This document shows, piece after piece, positions 1 through 9,154 of a stretch of DNA of 64,000 nucleotides; positions within the stretch are counted from its first letter, which is position 1, and the number at the start of each line of letters is the position of its first letter. A program made the translations under genes and the position numbers. The notes below the pieces were generated by a model, which was not told the origin of the DNA, did no database searches, and worked only from the letters and a program-made list of their open reading frames with translations. The stretch lies in the sequence record NC_041972.1. One strand, written 5' to 3'.

Positions 1-1
1 C

Positions 2-190
2 GATGAGTCGATCGAGCACATGGTAGAGAAGTTCGGGGATGGCGGTTATGCCTGGGAGAGCTACCCGACATATGCGGCAGTGATGCACGGTGATGCGATC
101 CAACAAGTGAAGCAACAACTGCGCAGTAAAGAAGGAAAGGCGCAACTCAAAGAGTACGCTGAACTCCACTTTGATGAGTGGGTAGAGTAA
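2..190 (+). CDS. 3' end of hypothetical protein (starts before window)
   Basis: Open frame DESIEHMVEKF...HFDEWVE ends TAA at 188-190 and is followed by a hairpin terminator. Confidence 0.6.
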   Translation, partial: DESIEHMVEKFGDGGYAWESYPTYAAVMHGDAIQQVKQQLRSKEGKAQLKEYAELHFDEWVE

Positions 191-198
191 GCTACGTG

Positions 199-227
199 GC
201 CGGAGGATTACCTCCGGCTGTTATGCC
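199..227 (+). terminator. Hairpin terminator with TTATGCC tail
   Basis: GCCGGAGG-ATTA-CCTCCGGC then TGTTATGCC. Confidence 0.7.
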
Positions 228-350
228 TGTTCTTTCTTCTTTGTAATTCCCAACACATTCGGTCTTTGTTATACAAAGGCTATAATCTTTGTCCCGAGCT
301 AAGGGTAACGTGAACAGTTATGCTGGCTTACTTTTTAAAGGTATCTTTTC

Positions 351-881
351 ATGGATGGTTTATTTAATCTCTCCTCATGGCAATCGCTTTTACTTGTGGT
401 GGTCGTACTCCTACTGTGGTTGTATTACCAACGACTTCAACACCTGCGTCGTAAGTATCATCGTCGTAATGAACGCATGATGGCGCAGAGCGTGGTCATG
501 ACATCCCGGCTGTTACTGAGTACCTTCTCGGAGATTGTGGAACGTGCTAAGGAAGAGGACATCTACCAGCGTGATCCTAACTCCCCGATTGCGGCAGACC
601 GGGCCAGTGCGATGGCCTGCTCCTCCATCTTCAGTGGGTTGTATAACCTGGTTGTGGTGCCCGTCACCACCCTTGATCCGGTGTTCAACGATTTATTGAT
701 TACCGGTACTGAGCGGGAAGATGTTGAGGAAGGGGTCTTTGTGTCGTTTTATTTGGGTGAACAGCGTAATGATGTGGTTAGGCATTTTATACCCGACCGG
801 TCGTTACAGGCCTTTATCACCCAAACGCGTGCCTTCAGTGCTTACCTGCGACAGGCTGCGAATACAAAACCACCACAATGA
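351..881 (+). CDS. Hypothetical membrane-anchored protein
   Basis: 176 aa; N-terminal hydrophobic helix (LLLVVVVLLLWLYY) followed by a basic stretch. Confidence 0.7.
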   Translation: MDGLFNLSSWQSLLLVVVVLLLWLYYQRLQHLRRKYHRRNERMMAQSVVMTSRLLLSTFSEIVERAKEEDIYQRDPNSPIAADRASAMACSSIFSGLYNLVVVPVTTLDPVFNDLLITGTEREDVEEGVFVSFYLGEQRNDVVRHFIPDRSLQAFITQTRAFSAYLRQAANTKPPQ

Positions 882-889
882 GGTGACAC

Positions 890-1420
890 ATGACCAATTA
901 TGGTTTTCTGCTGAACACAGTACTTCTGGCTTTTCTTATTTGGTTTGGTTACCGACTGCACAAGTTGGTGAACAACAGCGAGAAAGCCACCCTCGCCGCT
1001 GATCATAACGCCAAGCTGCGCTTCCTGACCTATGCGGCCCGGCAGATAATGAGTGACTTGTATACGTCGCTCAATCTTCCGACGCTCACTGGGTGTGCGA
1101 AGATGTATCTACGCGATGACGGCAAGCTTGATAATATTGAAGTCATTATGCGACTCTTCATGAAAACCCATAATGAGATTATTACCAAGCTCTCCGAGGG
1201 ATTGGTGTCAGACCATTTGAAGATCACCGATGTTAAAGTTACCCATGATCTGGTGACCAACGAAGTGCTCATCACACTCTTGTATCCGAATAAAGTCACT
1301 GACATCCTGGTCTTCCATCATAACCACCTGGCGCAGGCGATCTACCAACTGGATCGTTTGCAGCATCGGCTCTCAACGTTCCACAAAGCGGTGCCGAACC
1401 GCGACCTGTACCAACTCTAA
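890..1420 (+). CDS. Hypothetical membrane-anchored protein, probable paralog of 4967-5572
   Basis: 176 aa; GAGG RBS; N-terminal TM; C-terminal KVTHDLVTNEVLITLLYP...FHKAVPN resembles EVSYETQSDRIIFTLTRP...YKAAFPN. Confidence 0.75.
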   Translation: MTNYGFLLNTVLLAFLIWFGYRLHKLVNNSEKATLAADHNAKLRFLTYAARQIMSDLYTSLNLPTLTGCAKMYLRDDGKLDNIEVIMRLFMKTHNEIITKLSEGLVSDHLKITDVKVTHDLVTNEVLITLLYPNKVTDILVFHHNHLAQAIYQLDRLQHRLSTFHKAVPNRDLYQL

Positions 1421-1425
1421 ATCAA

Positions 1426-1452
1426 GGGAGGGCTTCGGCTCTCCCTTATGCC
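1426..1452 (+). terminator. Hairpin terminator with TTATGCC tail
   Basis: GGGAGGGC-TTCG-GCTCTCCC TTATGCC. Confidence 0.75.
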
Positions 1453-1540
1453 ATCCGTTCTTCTTTTTTGGTTATTACTATGAATTGCAAGATTCACCAC
1501 GTAGTTCGTTTCACTTATTAACCCCTAAAGAGGAATAGTC

Positions 1541-3463
1541 ATGACAGATAGCACTACAGCGCAGAGCCCGACCGTGACGTTAGACCAAGTCATCGCGTCA
1601 GGCGGCCAGATTGTCTTCCTGGACAATGGCGAACTGAAAAGCTTTCCTGTCTCTCAGATCACTGACTTACTGAAAAGCGGCATGTCTACTGACGTGTTGG
1701 GTCAGGCTGATTCTCTGAGTATGTTTGGTCAGGTGGAGTCGTTCGAGGCTCTACGTAAGCTTAAGCCACAGAAAGAAGGTGCACGCATCTCTCTTCGTGG
1801 CTGGAACAAAGGCAGTTGTCTGGGTGGTGGTGAGTTCATTGGTCACCTCGTCACCAAAGAGCTTAAAGCCCGTCCAGATGATGGCGGTATGATTGCAGCC
1901 GGTAGCGGGTTCTTCTGGGAACGTGTGTGCTCAGATTGCGGGCAAATGAACGTCACTCACTTCGGTGCGCTTCCTGGCGCAACTGCAGCGACTGATTGCG
2001 TGCCAGCAATGACCGCCATGCTGAACTGGAGTAATGCCAACGCTGTTGGTTTAGGAATTCAATTCCCAGCCGGTACTTTCTTCGCTTCCAGTTTAAAGTT
2101 CACCAAAGAGATCGGGTATTTCCGTATCGCCGGTAATCACATCAACTTTGGTTATTTTGCTAACACGGTATTGGTGAGTGACACTACTGAAAACTTTATG
2201 TTGGATGTTGCGGCCCGTCGGGTTGAGTTGGCAAATATCATCTTCCGCGGTGTGAGTACTACTGAGAAGCCGAATAAGAAAGGGATCTTTAATAACATCG
2301 TCATTGGTGGTCAGTACTTCAACATGACCTGTGTGCGGTTTGAGAAAATCGGCGGGACCTGTGTTAATCTGATCGATACTCTCGATACCAAGATGACACA
2401 ATGGTACGCGTCACAATGTACTGGTGATGTGATCGTTAACAAATGGTCCGATCGTCAGGCAGGTGGCTGGAACCATACCACTGCTGTTGAAATGACCAAC
2501 TTTAACATCCAGAAGTGTGTTGGTGGTAAAGTGTTTGACATGCAGCGCTGCGCTCAGTCGTTTATCACTAATGGCTGGATCGAGCACTGTGATGATCCAG
2601 GCGACCTGTCTAATGGTCAATGGACGGTAAATGGCCTGAGTATCGAAGATTGTAAGAAACCATTGAAGGCCTCTTACGCTCGCTTTATTGAAATTCAGCG
2701 TAACCTGCAGTCCGGGTCACGGATCGACTACTCCATTGACCCAGAGCTCGAAGAGTGGCTGAGTGAATGGGAACGCGGTCGTCTGGATATCGCCAACCAC
2801 GGTATCTTCATCGACGGTACCTTAGAGCCGGGTACGATCATGTCTCGCAACAAGCTGAGCAACAGCAGCGACAAAGCGAAATGGTTCCGGGTCGGTACCT
2901 GGTACAGCCCATCTGAAGGCGACTCCATTGACATCAACTTGGTCGGCACAGGTAACTTCCTGTCGGTCGCACCAAAGCTTGATGATATCGATGGCGTGCG
3001 TCAAGGTGGCGGTAACACCCTGATCCGTGTGCAGTTGAAGAAAGACTCCGTAGGTGCGACCTTAGAACCACATGGTTCAAGCCCCCTGCAAGCGGCGAAG
3101 ATTGCCAAAGTCGGTGCCGGTAAGTTTGTGATCTACGCCCAGCTGAAACCGTATACCCGTAATGTGATCCCGGTGATTGTTGCAACCGGTGCCACGCACT
3201 ACGAAGCCGGTGTCTCTTATTACTTCCGTCCGGCGATTGCCTCGATGAGTGATGAAGAGATCGCAGCAGTGCCGGATGCGGTGATGATTGCTGAACAGTG
3301 GTCGCTCGGTCAACTGGCCGGTGTGGGCGCCACTAACGAAGGTAACCTGATGCTGAAGAGTAAGATCGTTAACGATCACTTGCAGGTACAGGTCATGGTT
3401 AGCCAAGCACAATGGGCGAAACCAGAACTTCGTTATATCGAGCTGAAGAAAGAAGCCAAGTAA
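1541..3463 (+). CDS. AmsF/WceF-like tailspike-type beta-helix protein (putative exopolysaccharide glycosidase)
   Basis: 640 aa; GGGEFIG...DDGG...WER tailspike N-terminal motif; VTHFGA...DC..A start typical of pectate-lyase-like beta-helices; N/G/T-rich repeats; resemblance to AmsF is from memory, not a search. Confidence 0.6.
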   Translation: MTDSTTAQSPTVTLDQVIASGGQIVFLDNGELKSFPVSQITDLLKSGMSTDVLGQADSLSMFGQVESFEALRKLKPQKEGARISLRGWNKGSCLGGGEFIGHLVTKELKARPDDGGMIAAGSGFFWERVCSDCGQMNVTHFGALPGATAATDCVPAMTAMLNWSNANAVGLGIQFPAGTFFASSLKFTKEIGYFRIAGNHINFGYFANTVLVSDTTENFMLDVAARRVELANIIFRGVSTTEKPNKKGIFNNIVIGGQYFNMTCVRFEKIGGTCVNLIDTLDTKMTQWYASQCTGDVIVNKWSDRQAGGWNHTTAVEMTNFNIQKCVGGKVFDMQRCAQSFITNGWIEHCDDPGDLSNGQWTVNGLSIEDCKKPLKASYARFIEIQRNLQSGSRIDYSIDPELEEWLSEWERGRLDIANHGIFIDGTLEPGTIMSRNKLSNSSDKAKWFRVGTWYSPSEGDSIDINLVGTGNFLSVAPKLDDIDGVRQGGGNTLIRVQLKKDSVGATLEPHGSSPLQAAKIAKVGAGKFVIYAQLKPYTRNVIPVIVATGATHYEAGVSYYFRPAIASMSDEEIAAVPDAVMIAEQWSLGQLAGVGATNEGNLMLKSKIVNDHLQVQVMVSQAQWAKPELRYIELKKEAK

Positions 3464-3488
3464 GGCAAGCGCGTTATACCGCTAACTG

Positions 3489-3517
3489 GAGGAGGGGATT
3501 CCCCTCCTCTTTATGCC
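3489..3517 (+). terminator. Hairpin terminator with TTTATGCC tail
   Basis: GAGGAGGGG-ATT-CCCCTCCTC TTTATGCC. Confidence 0.75.
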
Positions 3518-3535
3518 GCCCTAGATTTTACCAGA

Positions 3536-3553
3536 CCTATATTACCCTTGTGA
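3536..3553 (+). promoter_or_regulatory. Putative early (virion RNAP) promoter
   Basis: CCTATATTAC-cctt-GTGA; contains the phiKZ early consensus TATATTAC; motif recurs 9 times, always intergenic. Confidence 0.7.
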
Positions 3554-3637
3554 TCTCTGTAGAAATAAACGGAATCACCCAGTCTTATAACCCGCTGACC
3601 AAACAGAGTGTCGGCTAAACAAAGAAGAGGAAATACC

Positions 3638-4339
3638 ATGACTACCCGTAAGATTGCTCGCTTAGACAAACTCGCTAAATTTGTAAACGACAATTTTGAT
3701 CGTGATTACAACCTGCCCTTTGCGATCGAGATCGAACAGCATGAAGATAAGTGGCACGGTACTCGATACAGTCTCAACCTGACTCAGCCAGAGTGTGACG
3801 GCAGTCCAGTAAAAACGTTATTCCGTTCGAAGGTGTTACCGGCTGAATTCGTTGGTGATCGGTTTACACGGCTAGAAGGTAGTGTGGCCGGGATGGCGCC
3901 TGGGATCGAACTCCTGGGACAAGTTGCCTGGTACTGGATGTTATCAGAGGCAAACGCTGCTGATCGCGAATTGGGCGTGCAGGTGGCGTTGATGGCCTGG
4001 GATGCCTGGACACTGGCAACCGCCATATTTGATGGCTCTAAGGCCCGTGATCTCTTCGAGCGTGACGATTTCCTTTGCCCTGGCGTAACACTGAATCAGC
4101 ACGTCCTGTGCGAAAAGTTTGTCAGAATGGATCGTGAAGTATGGCTAAAGCGTCGCACTAAACTGCTCGATGATGTTGTGGTTATTGAAAGTCGCTGGAC
4201 CTTCGTAAAACAATATATCGGGGCAGGTGGTCTCGGTCATGAAGAGAAACACACTGTCGCCGAGGTCACCAAACGCAGGCAAGCACCCGCGCCTTTTGAA
4301 ATTATCTTTAAGGCCAAATCGTCTCCTTTTAATCCATGA
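3638..4339 (+). CDS. Hypothetical protein
   Basis: 233 aa from ATG after AGAGG RBS, downstream of early promoter motif. Confidence 0.75.
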   Translation: MTTRKIARLDKLAKFVNDNFDRDYNLPFAIEIEQHEDKWHGTRYSLNLTQPECDGSPVKTLFRSKVLPAEFVGDRFTRLEGSVAGMAPGIELLGQVAWYWMLSEANAADRELGVQVALMAWDAWTLATAIFDGSKARDLFERDDFLCPGVTLNQHVLCEKFVRMDREVWLKRRTKLLDDVVVIESRWTFVKQYIGAGGLGHEEKHTVAEVTKRRQAPAPFEIIFKAKSSPFNP

Positions 4340-4401
4340 GAATGCGGAGGGGGTTTCGACCCCCTCCATTATTGCTATTTTAAGTTGCAGAAAATCTAAC
4401 G

Positions 4402-4419
4402 CCTACATTACTAATGGGA
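4402..4419 (+). promoter_or_regulatory. Putative early promoter
   Basis: CCTACATTAC-taat-GGGA. Confidence 0.65.
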
Positions 4420-4456
4420 TAGGCCTGATCAACAATTCTAATTAAGGGAATTTGTA

Positions 4457-4927
4457 ATGAGTGAAATCACGTTTAAAGACGCGCGGTATTACGACCTGAT
4501 CACCAAAGAACAATTGCAACCTGGACACACCATCCTGCTGAGCCTCAAAGGGCAACCAGCGGGCGTCATGACCCCAGCAGTACAATGGGCTAAAGACAAC
4601 CTGGAAAACGCGGTCGTGGTGTACGGTACGATTGACGATCTGCAATCAATCCGTAAAGAGATCAGCAGTTGCGATCAACCGGTAGCTGTGGTCCTTACCG
4701 GCGGCTACCATGCAACGTATGAACTTACTCACTGGGCGCGGGAAAACCACGTAGTCGTGTTCCTGGCTTCAGATGCCGATGCACCGCGTCCACGTTATGC
4801 AGTACTGCTCGGTACCTGTCTGATCCAGCTGACTTATGACCAGACTGGTCGAGTGAGCTCTGCTACCGCCATTCGTAATCAAGCAACCGCATCAGGCTGG
4901 GTGATTGACTTCACCACTGACGCATAA
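4457..4927 (+). CDS. Hypothetical protein
   Basis: 156 aa, AAGGG RBS, alpha/beta pattern. Confidence 0.7.
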   Translation: MSEITFKDARYYDLITKEQLQPGHTILLSLKGQPAGVMTPAVQWAKDNLENAVVVYGTIDDLQSIRKEISSCDQPVAVVLTGGYHATYELTHWARENHVVVFLASDADAPRPRYAVLLGTCLIQLTYDQTGRVSSATAIRNQATASGWVIDFTTDA

Positions 4928-4966
4928 CTCCTTATTCATCCAATTAATTTAACCTGAGGTAATATC

Positions 4967-5572
4967 ATGCAACTTCATCAATACGTCGCCCTCTTACTCG
5001 GTGTGGGTTTAATCACGATCATTCTCGTTATGCTGGTCGCCTGGCTCGTACTTGAGAACCAACGCAAATACGCCGCATTCCAACGGGTGCGTTACGAAAA
5101 CATGCTGCGCTATCGCCTGACCGATTTCAGCAACCAGGTGACGGCAGATCTCTCCGCCATGTTCCTGCGCTATTTACTCTCCCCGCGGGTTGGTAGTACT
5201 GAGCGGGTGAGTGTGGAGGCAATTGCCGGCACCATCCAAGGCATGCTGCAAGCGATCGCCGCTCACCAAAACCATGAGTTTAAAAGCTCAGAGGTTGGTG
5301 ATACGTTACTGGGTCTGTTGATTAAAGAGGTCTCTTATGAAACACAGAGTGACCGGATCATCTTTACCTTGACACGTCCAGGTGCCACGAACCTCACTTA
5401 TACCTTGACACACCCCGAAGCGTACGGCGCGATGCTCTGCTGTGAGCTGGAAGACTATCGCATGCGTCTGCGTGACCGCGCAACCCTGCAGATCAAGCGT
5501 GAGTTCGATCAGGTACCGCAAACGTATAAAGCCGCCTTCCCTAACTCGGAGCGGATTAATACCACTGCGTAA
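4967..5572 (+). CDS. Hypothetical membrane-anchored protein, probable paralog of 890-1420
   Basis: 201 aa; GAGGT RBS; N-terminal TM helix. Confidence 0.75.
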   Translation: MQLHQYVALLLGVGLITIILVMLVAWLVLENQRKYAAFQRVRYENMLRYRLTDFSNQVTADLSAMFLRYLLSPRVGSTERVSVEAIAGTIQGMLQAIAAHQNHEFKSSEVGDTLLGLLIKEVSYETQSDRIIFTLTRPGATNLTYTLTHPEAYGAMLCCELEDYRMRLRDRATLQIKREFDQVPQTYKAAFPNSERINTTA

Positions 5573-5671
5573 TAAATGGGAGGCCTTGCCTCCCTTTATT
5601 TTTTGTCATTGTAGTAAATGTGTACAACTTAACTAAATCATTTAGTAAACGTAAAAAGGAAAGTCAGCATC

Positions 5672-5968
5672 ATGTCAAACGAAGCCATTCTGAAAGCCCT
5701 GGAAACCATTGCCACTACGTACCCAAAAGTTGAGGTGGTGTCGATTGGTGGGATCATTGCCTGCTTCGGCACGATGAAAGATGGAAAGGTAGAAACCACG
5801 GTGTTTGGCAATCTGCCCGAGTTCACTGTCGCCAATGTGAAGAAGCTCTACAATGCGAAGTGGTCACAACGTCAATTGGGTTATATGTACGGTACATCAC
5901 AAGCCCAGATCGCTAACTTCATGAAGAACCGTGAGGTTAACGTTCCCAATACGGTAAAAGGTTATTAG
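5672..5968 (+). CDS. Small protein with putative C-terminal helix-turn-helix
   Basis: VKKLYNAKWSQRQLGYMYGTSQAQIANFMK fits an HTH pattern. Confidence 0.55.
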   Translation: MSNEAILKALETIATTYPKVEVVSIGGIIACFGTMKDGKVETTVFGNLPEFTVANVKKLYNAKWSQRQLGYMYGTSQAQIANFMKNREVNVPNTVKGY

Positions 5969-5969
5969 C

Positions 5970-6260
5970 ATGAAATGGTACGAACGACTGGTCGAGAGCA
6001 CGCTGCTGCGGTTTCTGGCAACCTTCCTCTTAGCCTGCTTGTGGTCCCTGCTCCTCTTAAGCCAATGCTCGTTAGCACTCGATCTCACCTTAAGCGTGAT
6101 CTCTCTGGTGATTGTGTATAACCTGCGGGATTTCTTAAAGGACTTGCACCACGGTGTTTCAACCCGTCATGACTTCGCAGGCTGGTTTGTGCTGAACGCT
6201 GCTGGTATGGCATTGCTCTCGGCAATCATTAACGCCCTGTTCATCTTACATAGACTCTAG
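5970..6260 (+). CDS. Small multi-pass membrane protein
   Basis: 96 aa with three hydrophobic segments. Confidence 0.7.
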   Translation: MKWYERLVESTLLRFLATFLLACLWSLLLLSQCSLALDLTLSVISLVIVYNLRDFLKDLHHGVSTRHDFAGWFVLNAAGMALLSAIINALFILHRL

Positions 6261-6268
6261 GAGCTCTC

Positions 6269-6850
6269 ATGTCAAAGAAACTCGATACCCGTAAAAGTAT
6301 GTTCCTGGCCTTGGTGTTACGCCACCGTCCTGAGGAGATCGGAATTACCCTGGATGAGAACGGCTGGGCTAAAGTCAGCGAAGTGATCACCGGGTTTACC
6401 TTTACCGGTCGTGGGCTCTCGTTACCTGAACTTGAGATCATCGTTGAGACGGATGAGAAGAAACGCTACCAGCTCTCTGACGACAAGTGCTATATCCGCG
6501 CTGTGCAGGGGCATTCTCACGAAAGCGTGATGAACATGCAGCTGGAAGTGGCGACACCGCCAAAGTACTTGTATCACGGCACCCAACAGATCTCCTGTGA
6601 ATCGATCGAGCGACAAGGGATCTTGCGCCTTAAACGTTTATATGTCCACCTAACGGATGACATCGAAGCGGCTTGGCGCGCAGCAACTCGTAAACGAACA
6701 GCCGGTGCAGTCTACCGAATCGACACCGAGAAGATGACGCGGATGGGCCATGTGTTCTATCGCGCTGAGAACGGGGTCTGGCTGGCGAAGCGCATTCCTT
6801 TCTCAGTCATTGAGATGGTTGATGCACATGACGAAGAAACAAGTACCTGA
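6269..6850 (+). CDS. kptA: RNA 2'-phosphotransferase (Tpt1/KptA, NAD+-dependent)
   Basis: Family motifs LRH, D.NGW, K.RY, IRAVQGHS, LYHGT, R.YVHLT, W(LA) all present. Confidence 0.92.
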   Translation: MSKKLDTRKSMFLALVLRHRPEEIGITLDENGWAKVSEVITGFTFTGRGLSLPELEIIVETDEKKRYQLSDDKCYIRAVQGHSHESVMNMQLEVATPPKYLYHGTQQISCESIERQGILRLKRLYVHLTDDIEAAWRAATRKRTAGAVYRIDTEKMTRMGHVFYRAENGVWLAKRIPFSVIEMVDAHDEETST

Positions 6851-7112
6851 GTGGTGGAACAGCATCTTGTTACCGGTTGGTTTCATGATGATCTGGGCAG
6901 GGTATGTAATAGGTGGGCAGTTCCTCAGTTTCTGGGGGTGTGTCTGTGTCACGTTGATTTGTGGTGGGGTTTCGTACCAGCACTGCATGCGCTCAACCAA
7001 GTATCGCAAAAATTCCGTAAGCTGGTTTATCTGTTGGAATGCTTACGGTATCATCGCGTGTTTGGGTATTGGGTTTATGGTAGCAGCAATTTATCTAGGC
7101 GGAGTCAAATAA
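6828..7112 (+). CDS. Small membrane protein
   Basis: 94 aa from internal ATG; 3 hydrophobic segments; overlaps kptA end. Confidence 0.6.
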   Translation: MTKKQVPEWWNSILLPVGFMMIWAGYVIGGQFLSFWGCVCVTLICGGVSYQHCMRSTKYRKNSVSWFICWNAYGIIACLGIGFMVAAIYLGGVK

Positions 7113-7385
7113 GTGAAAAGTAAAACAGGCAGTAAGTTAACACGCACGTTGTTGTTTTGTTTTGGTGCTTACATCACAGGGATGTTTGCCTTGATGATGA
7201 TCCTGTCATCACAAAGCACTGCAGACATCACTGCAGGGAACTATGACAAAATGAGCGTGGATGACTCGCCTGAGTTTATTTTAACAGATCGCAGTAATGG
7301 ATGTAGATACGTCTATGACTCGGTTACCAAAACAGCCCACACTGCAACAGGCTTCGATTACTGTCTGTCGCTAAGGAAAGAATAA
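7113..7385 (+). CDS. Small membrane-anchored/secreted protein
   Basis: 90 aa; GGAG RBS, GTG start; N-terminal basic plus hydrophobic segment. Confidence 0.6.
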   Translation: MKSKTGSKLTRTLLFCFGAYITGMFALMMILSSQSTADITAGNYDKMSVDDSPEFILTDRSNGCRYVYDSVTKTAHTATGFDYCLSLRKE

Positions 7386-7457
7386 TGGTTCGTGCGTATC
7401 GACACTCTGAGCTGCTACGATGGCCGCATCCCGCGGCCTGCACTCGGAGTTCGTTCT

Positions 7458-7685
7458 ATGTCTATTGCAGTCAACCGTCACCACGCTAAACGTTTAAAGG
7501 CCAAACGTAAACACTACTGGAACGTCGGCGGGAAACGCCAGAACAACAAGGCGGTGGGAATTATCTTCCATACCCCGTGCAAATGCAGCTGCACCATGTG
7601 CGGTAACCAACGCAAGCATTGGGGACGTCCGATCCAGGAAGTGAAACAAGCGGCCCGTTTTAGTGATACGGTCACTGACATTTAA
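7458..7685 (+). CDS. Small basic Cys-rich phage protein
   Basis: 75 aa; GGAG RBS; HTPCKCSCTMCGNQRK putative Zn-binding motif. Confidence 0.65.
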   Translation: MSIAVNRHHAKRLKAKRKHYWNVGGKRQNNKAVGIIFHTPCKCSCTMCGNQRKHWGRPIQEVKQAARFSDTVTDI

Positions 7686-7733
7686 CCATGCAAGGGGAGT
7701 TGTTGGCTCCCCTTCTTTATTTGAGGAATCCGC

Positions 7734-8099
7734 ATGAAACGCGGCTACCCATCAGGCCAGCCGATTGAAGTCGAAGTCGGTGGAGTCATGTACCAATTTA
7801 ACCCCCTTGAAAACATGCTGGCTGATCTGCGTGCCAATAAGTTGATCATCGTGTGTTGCAGTAATAAGAAGCGTGCCATTACCGATATCTGGATGTGTGA
7901 TGCCGAGATCGACTACTCGACGCAGTCACGCATGGAACACATCTTGGTCAGTGATCGTTGCAAGCGGTTCACCAAAGACTACGCCTTAACGCGAGTGGTG
8001 GATGTTGATAGCCGGTCATTGACGATTGCCGGCCCAGATAAAAAGATGCTGTCGATGGTGATTATGGGGGATACCCTCTACGCCGTTAAACCAAGCTAA
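7734..8099 (+). CDS. Hypothetical protein
   Basis: 121 aa, GAGG RBS. Confidence 0.7.
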   Translation: MKRGYPSGQPIEVEVGGVMYQFNPLENMLADLRANKLIIVCCSNKKRAITDIWMCDAEIDYSTQSRMEHILVSDRCKRFTKDYALTRVVDVDSRSLTIAGPDKKMLSMVIMGDTLYAVKPS

Positions 8100-8119
8100 C
8101 AGAACAGAGGGCTAACCAA

Positions 8120-8242
8120 ATGACTTTATTAAAGATCGCAGCTGGCGCATTGTTCCTGGGTTGGATCATTACCGCAGGCATCACCACCATCGATGCGTAC
8201 CTTTCCCCTGAACCTACCGAAGGGAAGTCTATCCACTTCTAA
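8120..8242 (+). CDS. 40-aa membrane peptide (below ORF-track cutoff)
   Basis: MTLLKIAAGALFLGWIITAGITTIDAYLSPEPTEGKSIHF; AGAGGG RBS; fills the gap between neighbours. Confidence 0.55.
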   Translation: MTLLKIAAGALFLGWIITAGITTIDAYLSPEPTEGKSIHF

Positions 8243-8264
8243 CCGGCGCCATGAGGTCTGTTTG

Positions 8265-8753
8265 ATGAAAAATGATTTAAGCAGTTTCATGAAAAATACC
8301 ATCAGTACTTTAACCATAGTGCCAATGCGTATTGGTGGTAGCTTTTGTGCTTTCCTCTCTGCTGAACACCATGCGGAAGCGATGGCAAATGATGCCGGTG
8401 GTAAACACGGTGACCATGATAACCTGGTGAACGGCCTCTTCAATACAGATTGGTTTCCAGTTGGATTTGGTGATACTGTTAAAGAAGCTATTGCGGATCT
8501 TGATGAGCGCGTCACTAACTTCACCAACGACCCTGACGATGAAAATGGTATTATTTACAAATACCTTTTCGACATGCTCGTCTGTCGAGCTTATCGGGAA
8601 ACAGGAACAGGTCATTATACTCTACAACCTGGTTTCTTCCCAAACGCCATTCCTGAATGGCTTAAGTCATTTAGTAAGATTAGTGAAGATCTTATCGACG
8701 CTTATGTTGAACATGTTCCAATTAAAATGGACTCGGGCTGGACCCCTCTATGA
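8265..8753 (+). CDS. Hypothetical protein
   Basis: 162 aa from ATG after GAGGT RBS. Confidence 0.7.
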   Translation: MKNDLSSFMKNTISTLTIVPMRIGGSFCAFLSAEHHAEAMANDAGGKHGDHDNLVNGLFNTDWFPVGFGDTVKEAIADLDERVTNFTNDPDDENGIIYKYLFDMLVCRAYRETGTGHYTLQPGFFPNAIPEWLKSFSKISEDLIDAYVEHVPIKMDSGWTPL

Positions 8754-8851
8754 ACAATGTTTGGCTTTTAGTAATGGCCCTTATTTATACAACAGGGCTT
8801 ATTGCCGCATGTGTGGTTGCACGCATGGCAGTCTTTCATCATGTGATTTAA
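8750..8851 (+). CDS. 33-aa membrane peptide (below ORF-track cutoff)
   Basis: MNNVWLLVMALIYTTGLIAACVVARMAVFHHVI; ATGA overlap with upstream stop. Confidence 0.5.
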   Translation: MNNVWLLVMALIYTTGLIAACVVARMAVFHHVI

Positions 8852-8860
8852 GGGGTCATT

Positions 8861-9139
8861 ATGAGTAAAGGTACTTTGAAAGGCCTTGGTGTGGTCCTGG
8901 CGTGTCTTGTGATCGGCGTGTTGTTGTTTGTTTTTGCAACCGCTGTTCAAGCTGCTGATACACCGGTTAACCCCCACTGCGTCGCTATCACCAATGACAG
9001 TACAATTACCACCCAGTGCGACGACGGCACCGTGGTCATTACCAACACCGCAACCTCGACGGTGATGGTGTGTCATGTAAGTAAAGAAACAAAAGGTCTT
9101 CCGCAATGCGTGAAAGACCGGGTTGTCATTTCTAATTAA
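8861..9139 (+). CDS. Small secreted protein
   Basis: 92 aa; signal-peptide-like N-terminus ending VQA-A; four Cys in beta-rich mature part. Confidence 0.65.
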   Translation: MSKGTLKGLGVVLACLVIGVLLFVFATAVQAADTPVNPHCVAITNDSTITTQCDDGTVVITNTATSTVMVCHVSKETKGLPQCVKDRVVISN

Positions 9140-9154
9140 ATAAAGGAGCCAGAC

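Noticed and set aside
289-480. 63-aa ORF overlapping 351-881
   Set aside because: It overlaps a better ORF in another frame and has no RBS.
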